A DNA stretch of 61,747 bases, the filler included. It is 11 parts of 11 records of this genome, joined end to end, with 100 filler letters (N's around TTAATTAATTAA, not from the genome) between each part and the next. Parts side by side here need not be neighbours in the genome. Positions count along the whole stretch, not along the records: positions 25,439 to 29,355 come from SRR7504441_9863; positions 29,456 to 37,040 come from SRR7504441_9866; positions 37,141 to 40,683 come from SRR7504441_9876; 8 more parts are not named here. One strand, written 5' to 3'. The translations under genes were made by a program, and so were the position numbers. Positions within the stretch are counted from its first letter, which is position 1. Every line of letters begins with the position of its first letter. This document shows, one piece after another, positions 25,630 to 37,303 of this stretch. Under the pieces are notes generated by a model. That model did not search any database. It was given only the letters and a program-made list of their open reading frames with translations, and was not told the DNA's origin.

Positions 25630-28600
25630 ATGAAACTGTGGGTTCGGTACGGCGGGCTGCAGCCGACCAAGGTGCTCGTGGAGCCGGACGAGGACGTGGA
25701 CGCAGTCAAGGAGGCCGTGATTGCCAAGCTCGGGCTGACTCAGCTTGCAGCCGGCCTGCTCCTCCGGGCGGCCGACGGCCGGTCTCTCGACCCGATGCTC
25801 AGCCTGGCCGAGCAGCAGGTGCCGGAGGGCGCCCAGTGCACTCTCGAGCCCATCCAGCAGCCTGCCCCGCCCGAGGCTGGCGGATCGCCCGCACGGCCAC
25901 TCTCGCTAGCGGTCTTTTTCAGCGCGCCGCTGGTGGGCTGGAGCAAGCAAATGCCGGAGACCCCGCTAAGCCTTCTGGACTACAGAACCGAGCGCGAGCT
26001 GCTCATCGACTCGTTTGCGCACGCTGGCAAGGAGATCAGCCTGAGCTTCCACTTCGCGACCTCCAAAATGCTGCAACGGGCCCTGATGGAGGGCGCGACT
26101 GCACTGCACTACTCGGGCCACGGGAACAGCTCAGCCCTTGCGTTTGAGGACGGGAAGGGCTCGGTGCACATGCTCAACGTGCAGCAGCTGCGAGGCCTGT
26201 TCGAGAAGACTAAGGAGGGCGGGCGGCGTAAGGTACAGTTTGTGTTTGTGTCGGCGTGCTACTCGCTCGAGATCGGCCGGGCCTTTGTGGCAGCCGGGGT
26301 GCCTAGCGTGGTGGCCTGCAGCATGGACGACCGAGTTTCCGACACCGGAGCCCGCACGTTCGAGGATGCATTCTACGTCTCGCTGGCCCAAGGCGATACA
26401 GTGCTCAGGGCCTTCGAGATGGGCCAGCAGGCGGTCTCGACCTCCACATCGGCTGTGGCCCGTGAGGACACCAACAAGTTCTTCCTCCTCCCCGAGGTGA
26501 CCCCCCATCCCCCCTTCTGGGCCTACCCAGCCGGTGGCAGAATGCTGAGCATCTGCACTCGCGGTCGGTGTTTGGCAGCGCTAGGCTGCTTGACTGCAAG
26601 TGGTCGCTCTGGGAGGGATATCCTACTATTGGCTCAATTCCGCCTCCCATCGAGGGATTCCAGGGCCGCAACCTCGAACTGTTCACCGTGCTAGATCACT
26701 TGCACCGTGGCCGGTTTGTATCTGTAGTGGGAGGGCGCGGGATCGGCAAGCGAGCGCTGGTCACGGCGCTGGCCAATTACTGCTCTGAGCGGGAGCAATT
26801 CAGAGAAGGAGTGCTCTGGCTGGCAGCCAGCGGGATGCATAGCGTAGCGGAAGTGCATCAAGCGATAGCGCAGGCGGCCGGACGGGAGCCCGAGCTGCCT
26901 CCCGAGGGGCTTTTGGCCGGACTGCAGATACTGCTTGTTCTTGAAAGCTGCGATGGTCTGCATGCCTCGGCACGAAGCCAGTTTGGGAGGTTCCTCGAGG
27001 GCTTGATGCAGGAGCAGCAGCTCTCGATCGTGACCACAGCCTGCGAGCCGATCGGAATCCTTACTGACGTTGTCGAGAAGGTGCTGCTGCTAGACAAACT
27101 CTCTCCGGCAGATCAGGCAATCATGTTCAGTCGGAGAGCCCCTCGAAGGATTAGACCACAGGAAGTCGGGTGCAGCAGCCCGGCGCAGCTGTCTTCGTGG
27201 CTGAGTAACAACGCCAAGCTGATTCAGATGACCCCACGAGAGGTGGTACAAGCCACACGAGAGCTAGTCCAGAAGCCGCTCAGCCAAGTGCTCGGCCTGG
27301 CCAGTAGCAGTGTGCCCACCCACCCAACCGAGCTGCTAGAAGTGCGAAGATTCTACGAGGCCGAGTTGCCCACTGTAGGCGAGATTGTGGTAGTTGAAGT
27401 AACCTCGGTGACTGAGCTTGGGGTGTTTGGCAAGCTGCTTGAGTATGGGAACGCCTCGGGTGGTCACCACCGGCTGGCCGGGCCGATCCAGGGCAGGGAT
27501 CATTCTGCAGAAAGAAGTCAGCCGGCGACGGATGGATGAGGCAACGCATTTCAGAGTGGGCAAGAAGGAGTACGGCCCTATTGCTCCCCGCCAGTGCATA
27601 ACTGACTGATAGTTGGGTATAGTGGATTTTTTAAAATTTCGCGGCTACGCCGCTACGCTTGACGACGACTGTCAGGTATGTTCGTGTGATCAAGGTAGAC
27701 ACGAGATCCAACACAGTGGACCTGAGCAAGAGAAAGGTGCTGGCTGGCTGACTGGCTGTGGCAAATGGGGGGGCAGGTTAATCCAGCAGAGCGGGAGCAC
27801 GCCAAGCAGCAGTACCACAAGGGCCTGACAGTGCGCAGGATAGTTGAGATGGTTGGGTCGCAGTGCGGTATATCGGTGGCTGAGCTGTTTGAGCGAGCTG
27901 TCTGGCCTCTGCACCGAGCGCACGGGCATGCATACGATGCGTTCAAGCAGGAACTGTCGGATAGGGACAGTGTGCTCAGCGAACTCTCACTCCCGTTGTC
28001 GGTGCACGATGCGCTGTACGAGGCGATTCTAGTCGAGATGAGCCAAGCCCTTTCCAAGGTGGCACTCAGCACGCAGAGTCGAGTGCTCGATCTGTCGGCT
28101 TGGGGTCTCAAAGCACTGCCCCAGTGCTTTCTCGAGCTGCATGCACTGCGCACTTTGAACCTCGAATCGAATAAGCTGGTACGCCCTGCTTGCCAGCCCA
28201 AGCTGATTTGGGCCAAGGTCGGGCTGCCGACGAGCATTGGTAGCCTTAGCTTGCTGGAGGAGATCAACCTCAACAACAACAAACTCGAGGGCCTGCCTCA
28301 TACCCTGCCGGAACTGCGCAGTCTGCATCGGCTCTACCTGCACAGTGCTGTTCAAGGTTGTCATAAGGACGCAATTTCGATCATTCTGCGGTCAGCGCTC
28401 AGCTGCAGTGCCTGGTAGACGCTTGATGTGTGCTGGTGCAGCATGCCAGCGCTAGTCGAGCTCAACCTCTCTAACAATCAGCTTTTCGAGGACTCGGATC
28501 CCGAACCTGGTACGCAGCTGACTGCTGAGGTGGCTGACCATGGGCCAGGTCTACTGCCTCCCGAATTTGGGGCGTCACTTATGGCACTGGAGTCGCTTGG

Positions 28601-29199
28601 GATCAGTGGCAACTGCATAGAGACTCTGGAGCATTGTGGGTTTGAGCGGCTGGGCCGGCTCACGTTTCTGGACTTGAGTAGCAACCGAATCTCACAGGTA
28701 GAGTGCTGGTGGGCGATGGCGAGTGAATGGCAGGTGCCAGAGCTCTCGATGCTTCACCGGCTGAGCACGCTCAATATCAAGTCCAACACAATCATGGAGC
28801 TGCCGCCAGTGGACAGCTGGACCAGCCTGGAATCCTTGGTGTGCTCTTACAATCGTTTGGTTAGCCTGCCAACCCTGGCCCCGCTGTCTAGACTACAATA
28901 CCTCGACCTCAGTCACAATCTGCTTAGCATTCTTCCGAAGGTCGGACCGGGTTTGCCCCTGGACTGAGGGCTTCTGCTGACAGAATATTGGGCAATGCTC
29001 GTCTTTGACCGATTTGGTTCTTTCGGACAATCAACTGGAATCTCTTCCACTAGAGCTGGCCAACATTGCATCTCTCGAGCGGTGCTTGGTAAATGGGAAT
29101 CCGCTAGTGGCAGTTCCCTTAGAACTAGGTAAGATCATCAACGTTGATCGGGATTCGCTGACTGAGCTTAGCAAACAACTGAGTGCGACATTGTTTTAA
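25630..29199 (+). CDS. NLR-like protein: ubiquitin-like + CHAT protease + NB-ARC/STAND NTPase + integrated eIF2-alpha domains 1-2 + LRR
   Basis: LHYSGHG and VFVSACYS (CHAT His/Cys), GGRGIGKR and LLVLESCD (Walker A/B-like), RFYEAELP..LLEYGN..EVSRRR..VDLSKRKV..AYDAFK (eIF2-alpha), LxxLxLxxN repeats. Introns 26497-26540, 27460-27496, 27570-27675, 27737-27776, 28179-28217; later LRR introns not fully resolved. Confidence 0.85.
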
Positions 29200-29355
29200 G
29201 ATGACTAAAACTCAGTTGTGATATAATTAATTAAGCTATTATTAAGCTATCACAGGGTCGACAAGAAGGCGGCGACAAGGGCGCGCTTCATTGACAGAGG
29301 AGCGGGCAGTGCTTTAATCTAGTGTAGCTCTGAAACTGTCAGACGTATTAAATGA

Positions 29356-29455
29356 NNNNNNNNNNNNNNNNNNNNNNNNNNNNNNNNNNNNNNNNNNNNT
29401 TAATTAATTAANNNNNNNNNNNNNNNNNNNNNNNNNNNNNNNNNNNNNNNNNNNN
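29356..29455. other. Artificial contig spacer
   Basis: N-run + TTAATTAATTAA. Confidence 0.98.
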
Positions 29456-29643
29456 ACATTCATTTTGTACATTCAACTTAATTCAACTACATGATTGTAC
29501 TGTACATAAAGTACTCATGTCTCAGTTTAAATTAAGTTTTACTAATGTTATAACTAATCACTATTGAGCTTTGCAACAGTCCCGATTCATTATCGTGTTT
29601 ATGTGGCAAAGCACGCCTTGTGCAAACCATTCGTCGCTTGTGC

Positions 29644-32600
29644 TTATTGCTCAGCATATGACTCCATGCACAGTCCGAACACCTGTGTGATGCATGGGTG
29701 ACTTTCTATGCGCTTTCAGGGAAGCCACCTTAATGCCGTTTGTGTAGCTGGCTCCGGGTACCTTCTCGCTGTCACCAAGCAAGTCGTCGGGACCTCCAAT
29801 CTGCACCGAATCATGTCACTCTGTAGCCACATGAGCTGCTAGACCGGAATGATGCACACTTCCTTGCCAGTCATTTCTTTCAGAATCACAGCAGCCGGAA
29901 TGGTGCCACCTGAGACCACACCAGCGTGAGTTGGGCTGGCTCAGAGACAAAGCGTCTCTAGATACAAGTGTACCTTCCCTGATCGCGTCCGGCCCCTCAC
30001 CATAAACTTCCGTAATGGCTGCACCAGCTGCCGCATAGATGGGCGCTGCCCTGTCGGCCATGAGAGGTGACACTGCAGCACACCAACATGCGTCATAATG
30101 ACCAGTGGCTCGAAGGCACCTTGCTGATCACAGACCACGTCTAGTGTGTTTGCGCTACCAAGCCCAGCAAACGCCTCTTCCAGGCACTTCTTGACACTTG
30201 CTTCAACAGCGCCGTGGTCAGATCCATGTGGGGTCCGGACGCCAAACGTGAAAGTCACACAGTTGGGCATCATGTAGGCGCACACATGCGAAACGGGCCC
30301 TGGAGTCGTCGAGCTTTCCACAGAAAGCAATGACAGAGAAGGATCCAGCCATCGGCTCTTCAAGAGCGCGCTCTGGTTATCAGCAGCAGCCTTTGCGATG
30401 CCAAGCTGTTTGCAGTATGTGTCGATGTCAAAAGCAACCTTCTCCGCATTTGCCACCTCAGCGGGATCAGTTTCAACCTGGAGCTCAGCAGTCAAGCTGC
30501 CTGTCGTCAGAGCACTCATGAGTGCAGCCGCCTCAGTCATGGCCTCGTGGACAGTGCCGCCAAATGAGCCAGAGTTCAGGTTCTGGCTACCTGCACTGAC
30601 TTTGACTGTAAAGTGCATCACTCCACGGAGTGCGTATGTCACACATGGCTTTTGGGCAGTCAGCCAGCTGCCGTCTGAAATGCAGATGGAGTCCACATCA
30701 CTCACAAATTCCTTGACCTTGCTCCCTGATGCAAGTGCACTGGAGCACGCACAGCCGGTGGTGTCGATCACAAGCTTGAGGTTCACAGGGAAAGCCTTGC
30801 CGAGCTTGACATACGCATCAGCAGTGCACATCCATGCCACAATCGGCCCCTTTGCATCTGAAGTGCCACATCCAAAGAGGTCTCCGCCTGCCTTTGTCAG
30901 GATGTAATCCCCACCCTCCTCAGTGTCCAGGTGCCCGTATACACACAGAGTCTTGGTTGCGGCGTCTGTCTCTGGGGCACGGAAGCACACTCCAATCAGA
31001 CCGTCATCTAGACTCACGACCTCGATCGGAGTGTCTGAAGAGCTCTGAAGCTTTGTGGCTTGGTCCTTAACAAGCCCAAGCGCACTGCTCTCGTTAGAGC
31101 CAGTCTTGGTCTCGAGCTTGACGTAATCTGCCAGCACCTTGACGTAGTCATCCTGGTGCTCATCCACATACTCGAGGAACTGCCGCTTGGGGTCGCTAAA
31201 CGAGAAAGTCACCTCCGCTGTGCACTGGCCTCCGGAGTTGCTCAGCACCACTGTGCTTGTGCTTTCGGTGTTGTACAGATCCATATTTCCCACCACGCCC
31301 ACGATCTTGCCATCCTCAGCCAGGGAGAGCCCCTCAGGCAACGATTCGCACGTGAAGGTGCCCTTGCCCTCGAACGTGGGTTCAAACTCGACTTGCGAGG
31401 CCATCAGGATGTTGAGCTTGTTACCGTTCGGATATTCGAGCCCGGACGGTGGCACTTCAAGCACGGCAACCGCGAGCTCTGTGCTCACTGAGCCGCCTGT
31501 GTTGGTCGCCGTCACTGTGTGAGTAGATTCGCCCACAGCAGACGAGTCTGGCACTCCAGTCACACTGCCAGTCGCACTGTCGAAGCTCAGCCCGCTGGGC
31601 AGTGCTGGTTCGATGCTGAAAGTCACTGGGGTTGCTGGCTCCACAGTCGGAGCACCGCCACCCTCCTCGATCCCAACCTCCGCAATGGCCTTGATCGCAC
31701 CCTCATAGCTGATGCTAGTGGGCGGTGCATCGACGATGATGATATCGACTTTGCATGTCTGCTCGCCACCGCTGTTGGCCAGCTTCAATGTAGTGGTGGC
31801 CTTCTCGACCGGGGCCACTGGTGTGCCTGAGATCACCCCAGTGGCAGGGTCGAGCGTGATGCCCTCTGGAAGCGGATTGGCCGAAGTCTCACTGAACGCG
31901 CTGAACACTCCCAAGCAGCCCTCTGGGGCCACCATGGGCTTGGTAGAGAACTCTTCGCCCACTGTCAGGCTGAGAGTCTCGCAAAGCAAACTAGTGGGCG
32001 GCGCATGCACCACTTGCACTGAGATCTCCGTCGACACCTCCCCGCCAGAATTCCACGCACTCACTGTGTGTTTGGTGCTCTTCGGCTCAAGAATCTCGTC
32101 GTAGCTCTCGGCGGTGCCGCTGATCAGTCCAGTCTCGGGGTCGAAAGTAAGGCCAGGGTGCAGCTCCGGCTCGATTTTGAGCGTGACCTTGGTATCAGCC
32201 GGCGCGACGGTCGGGGCGACTGAAGTGCCATCGGCGCCGACAGTGAAAACGGCACTCTCGGCCTCAAATGTGATGCTGGTCGGGGGCACCTCTTGCACCA
32301 TGATGTTGACAACACACTCAATGAACCCGGCACTGTTCTCGCAAGTGACAGTGAAGTCTGTTGCAGGGCAGCAGCCCTCGTTAGTTGGGCAGCCGCTGAT
32401 CGCGCCAGTCTCATCGTCCAGTGTCATCCCGGCCGGCAGTTCCGGCTCACAGTCGAAGGTCAGGTTCTCGACCCCATCAGGCGTGATTGTAGGCAGCATA
32501 ACCTCGAGCTGCTGCCCTGGCGCAAACACCCACGGAGTGCCAGCATACTCCATGGTCTCCGGCTCCACGTCAAAGCACTCGTTGTCGAACGCGTCCTTCA

Positions 32601-33870
32601 CGTTCTTGAGGTAGAGCACCAGCGACACCTGGCCCAGGCACTCAGCCCGAGCCTCTCCAGCTGCGGCCGACCTCGTCGAGCGCCCCACTAACCACGTCCT
32701 GAGCGTCAATCAGCTGCTCGACCTCGTACTCCTTTTCCAAGAAATCAAACGCTGCTTGGCACGCAGCGAGCGGGTCGCTCTGCCCGCTGACTGAGCCCGC
32801 GCTTGGCCGGGCACTCACCCCTCGCAGGCTGTCAATGTCGAAAGAGCCCTCGCGCTGGCTCTCGACCAGGGCTTCGAACGGGACGCCCGGCATCACACCC
32901 GGGGTCGGGTCGACGATGTCGATCTCGTACCCGAACTTCTTGATCCGTTTGTTGAACCATTTGAGGATCAGCTTGGACGAGCGAGGCAGGTCATACCTGG
33001 CTCCGGGGCTCAGCCTGGGCCAGAAGGCGCACAGTCACGTTGTGATCAGCCGCCAGATGAACGAGATGACCAGCTTGACCCGGCCATCCAGGAAATCTTT
33101 GGCGATAATCCCCTGGTGCGGGATCTTCAGCTTGTCGATCGCCTGCGCCGGGTCAGGCCCGTGCCGGCCAGCTAGCGTCAGTGATGGGCTGGATGCCTTG
33201 AAACAGATGTTCAGATTGTCCAGCCAAAGCGCCGTGTACCGCGCATTGTTCTTCACTCGCACCTTGAGCCCAGGCTCCAGCGTTTCGAGCACCTGACCCA
33301 CGCCTGATCGGCCGGGGCCGCCCGGATCCGCACCCGCGCCAGAGTGATCCCGGTCTTGAGCGACTCGATCAGATCCTCGACCGGCTCGAGCCCTGCTCCC
33401 ACGGCTCCCATCAGACCGGCGCCCGGCCGGCGGGGGCAGCGCACCGGCCTTTTTGAGCTTCATGTTGCACCACTTGGTACACACCCTGAGCGACACGTCG
33501 ACTGGCCCGCCGAGTGAGCCCGCGGCCAGCCGGCGGACGCACGGTCGGTGCCCGAAGTTCCGACGCTCCGCATCACCTGCCCCGCGCTGTCGGTCACCAC
33601 CCGCGCGACGCCCGAGCGACAGCGGCGCCGGCCGGGTTGGGCAGGTGAAACAGGCTCGCCAGCCTGGGGAGGTGGGGGGCGGGCAGGCCGGGCCGGTGGG
33701 CGGGCGGGCAGCGGACCGTAAAGTTGTCGGTCTTCATGATCTCGCCATCCACGGGCTTGAAACGCGACACCTGCCTCGCCCGTGACCCCACAGCCGAGAC
33801 AGCAAGCAGGCGGGCGGCTGTCGATAGCAGCGGCACACAAGCCGGAACGGCCGGGGGCGGGAGGCACCAT
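29644..33870 (-). CDS. Tandem calponin-homology domains + about 5 He_PIG-type Ig repeats + degenerate M20 (CNDP2-like) dipeptidase
   Basis: TKWCNMKL..DLIESLKTGITL..FIWRLI and LKWFN..AFDFLEKEYEVEQLIDAQD (CH1/CH2). LPxGL(S/T)xDxxTGxISGxP repeats. CVYGHLD, GTSDAKGP, PVNLK, ISD, YALRG, REGGTIP (CNDP2-like). Confidence 0.8.
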
Positions 33871-33914
33871 CGTTACGATTTGCCGTTGCCGTTGGTCCAA
33901 GCGAGGTTGGCCAG

Positions 33915-34494
33915 ATGAAGAGCTGGGCACTCGTGGGGGTGCTGGTTGGGCTGGCAGTGGGGACGACGGTGCTGGACGAGGCCGGGCTGGTGCTTCTAGA
34001 CCTCGGCAACGTCACCAGCCTCAGCGCCGGCGCCGACGCGGTCCCGCTGGTCCGGACCAATGTAATGAGCTCGTCGGCCCAATTTGGGGTGGAATCCAGC
34101 GCGTCACGCGACTGTTGATAAATATGTCACCGTCTGCAAGAAGTGGTATGTGGACATTGTTGACAGTCTTGGATTATTCCTTACTACAATCAAAAAGCAA
34201 CAAACGATATGCTGTGTAGACCGGACATTGATTGATCGCTCTGAAGAGTGTTGGAACGCTGTGCTACTAGAGAACCAGCCGGGAACAACAAATAGCACTA
34301 ATAGTAGTCTGTCCTTTGACAGAGTCAGTCTGAGCACGGAGTCCAACGACTTGGGCGAGTCAGATTTGCTGTTAGATGAGCCATCAGGCCAAGACGCGAA
34401 AGATGTCCTGGAAGAGGCTAGAGATTTATTTGAAGGTGCAAAAGCTGATGTAGATGAGGAGGATGACAACAACGATACATATGGCATTGACTGA
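33915..34494 (+). CDS. Small putative secreted protein with acidic tail (spliced, unknown)
   Basis: Signal-like MKSWALVGVLVGLAVG; D/E-rich terminal ORF ends at 34494. Confidence 0.4.
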
Positions 34495-34577
34495 CATCAC
34501 AAATGAGAGGTGAGCCGTCCTTTATATCAAAATTAAATGAGTGAAGCAAATCATCTGTGAATGCGTTTTTACGAGTA

Positions 34578-35630
34578 TTAGTAGCTGAGCAGGTCGCCAC
34601 CGGCTCCGCCATCAGGGGCATCCGTCTGATTGACACCCTTACGATCCAGCTCCACCAAATACACCGCCTCGGCCGCCACCAAGAACAGCTGCTGGCCAGC
34701 TGTCCACGCACTCACCGCCAGCTAGCCGGGCCGCACCGAGCATGAGCTGGCTAATCTTAGCCCCAGCGACGCTGATCCGGACCAACGGCCCCTTGCCTGA
34801 GCCCCAGACCAGCACCTCACCCTGAGCGGCGACGTAGAGCCGGCCAACTGGGTCTAGCTCAAGCGCAGCTGGCTCGGCATTCAGCTCCAGACGCGCCGGC
34901 TCGCCCGATCCGAGCGCGTGCTGATCCAACTGGTGCAGCCACACAGTCCGGCCGCTGGCCAGAGCAAGCCTGCCAGCCTCGAGCCTCACAGCTAGCGCCT
35001 GGCCACCGATACGTAGCGAGCCCTCCAATGTGCTGACAGCGCCTGGCCCGGAGCTGCACGCCGCAGGGCACGGCCCGCACCGTCGCCCCATCGGCAATAG
35101 TGCACCCGAGTGCCCGGGCCGTCGGCCGCCAGCCACCACACTGCCTCCGGCTGCACCGCGCGCACCGCACCGTCCGGCAGGTGGCCTTGGCAAGCCTGTG
35201 GCCCGGTTGAGCCGGCTGGATACCCAGCCTGGCACCAGGCAGGACGCCGCCAGCTGCCCACGGGATACCGGCACCATCCCCTGAGCCGCTGACCTGCCGC
35301 GGTTGGCTCCAACTGCGGCCCGGGCCAGCGCACCATTGGTACCGCCGGCCAGAGGCCCGGTCTATCAAGAGCAGCTGGCCCGGCCCGGCCCATTCGAGCG
35401 CCGCCTCCGTCAGCCCTCGCCCGATCCGGCGGGCCGAGCCCTGTGCTGGGTGGGCGGTCGGGTGGGGTCGGCAGGTCTACCTGGGTGCGGGCTGAGAGCA
35501 GCTTTGTGGGCCGCAGCCGGTCCAGCTTGACGATATAGTCCGGCTGGGCCTGCTCGGCCAGCCATTTGTAACCCAGGATCAGCCCGGCCACGCACAGCGC
35601 CGCCTGGGCCCCCACGGCCGACCGGGGCAT
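34578..35630 (-). CDS. Unknown protein with N-terminal hydrophobic segment (spliced)
   Basis: ALCVAGLILGYKWL followed by ORF 34639-35277; exon borders uncertain. Confidence 0.4.
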
Positions 35631-36106
35631 AGGCCTGAACGCCGGCTCCCACAACTCGGAGAAGTGTTCGTGGACCTATACCCCTTCCCAGATTAGATAG
35701 AGGCTGTCAGTAGTTTAATCCTTTCCTGTGCGCATTCGTGCGCACTTGAAATTATTTTACTATAGGATGCTGCAAAGCGGATATGACCTACAAGACTTAT
35801 AACCGCGTCGCTCCGCGGAGGAGATTTCTCCGCGGCGCTTAGCTGATCACTGGCCATTTCTTTGATGAACAAAAAGAAAAAATGAGCACGGCTTGTGCAC
35901 ACGTATACAAAGCGATGCTTGGGGGCACCGGCTAGTAAGTAGTGATGAGGCCGGCCGGTAGCCGATCAACTACCTGTCGATCGCGAACGCGTACCGACCG
36001 GCGAGGCGGTGGATTTTTAAATTTTGTAACGAATGAGCTCGTCGGATCTTTTAGTGACTAGTTCACCTTAGTTCACTAGGCACGCGTACACACAATAAGC
36101 CCATAG

Positions 36107-37040
36107 TTATAAGATGACATCTCGATGTGATTCGCGATCAGGTTGATCAGCGACGGAGTAATAGTTGCCAGATTTCATAGAGTGCAAAGTCGATGAGCGG
36201 GACCGCTGGCCTAGCAACACCTTGGACCTATCAACCATTCCAGCCGCAAGAGATTGATGCAGTGATAGCGGTCGGCCCAGATTCTGGCCATCGAACGAAA
36301 GCTTATCTTCCGGTAAAAGTGGCAGCTCGGAATCATCTATCACCCCTAGATCTTGAACAAACCCAAGCTTCTGCATGAGCTGGTAATTGGCTACTTTGGC
36401 CGCGTCCTGCACCACAAACCACACCAAAACGTACGCCCAGACTAGTGCGATCAGATCCCACTGAATTCGCTTCATCCCGGACCCAAACGGCCAATATGCA
36501 GAGAGCAGAGTCGCAGCCACCACAGCAATTGCAGCGGCTGCCATCACAATATTCGAAGGCCGCTGAGTCCAAAACCATCCCTTGGTGCGAGCGTTGAACA
36601 CAGAGCCATAGTCGGAGAGGGAGATCTTTAGGTACATCATTGTCTGGATCTCGCCATACTCCAATGGATCTATTCCGAGATGACACAGCCCACCGTCACC
36701 ATCAGCGCCGCTCAATCCGAGCTGCAGCAAAATAATGGAGGAGATGAGTGCCACGAGCCCGATCGCTGATGAAATCCAATAAAGCAGCTTGAGATCCCAA
36801 GACTGCGGCTTGAGACTCGCCTCAGCATTATCGTAGGCTACAGAGACAATGGTGCCGTCATTCAGGATTGTGATTGTAACCAAAGCAATCACAGGAAGAC
36901 CAAAGAACTTGGCCCAGTCATCCGGGTCTCCGTCTGGTTTATACTCACTAGGGTTGTACCCAAGCGACGAAATCAAGAAGAAGAAGAGCAGCTGCTCGGT
37001 GCAGGCCACGCGGTAGATCACAAAGTTCTGCATCCGAGTG
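36107..37040 (-). CDS. Plasma-membrane P-type H+-ATPase (type IIIA), C-terminal part
   Basis: RMQNFVIYRVA, ITILNDGT (conserved M6 Asp), YLKISLSD..F.ART, multiple TM helices. Confidence 0.9.
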
Positions 37041-37140
37041 NNNNNNNNNNNNNNNNNNNNNNNNNNNNNNNNNNNNNNNNNNNNTTAATTAATTAANNNN
37101 NNNNNNNNNNNNNNNNNNNNNNNNNNNNNNNNNNNNNNNN
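37041..37140. other. Artificial contig spacer
   Basis: N-run + TTAATTAATTAA. Confidence 0.98.
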
Positions 37141-37303
37141 GAGTATCTAGCTCCAAGTACGAGCAAGTTGCGTCGCTATCATTACGTTAGCCCCGTAAAG
37201 CGCTCAATTTGCTAGTTCATGATCATGATTGTCTTCGGGATCGTAGATGACAGATTAATTGATATACAAAACAACTTTTAGTCTTTTACAATATACCATA
37301 GGA

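Noticed and set aside
27348-28046. A genuine stand-alone eIF2-alpha gene
   Set aside because: It has no separate start or stop, is in frame with the flanking NTPase and LRR exons, and lacks KGYID and the C-terminal domain.
22542-29199. Possible stop-codon reassignment or programmed frameshifting to explain fragmented ORFs
   Set aside because: The breaks I resolved are explained by short GT-AG or GC-AG introns, and TAA, TAG and TGA all terminate genes in this window.
29224-29234. TAATTAATTAA without flanking Ns
   Set aside because: It lies in an AT-rich 3' spacer; a chance resemblance to the linker.
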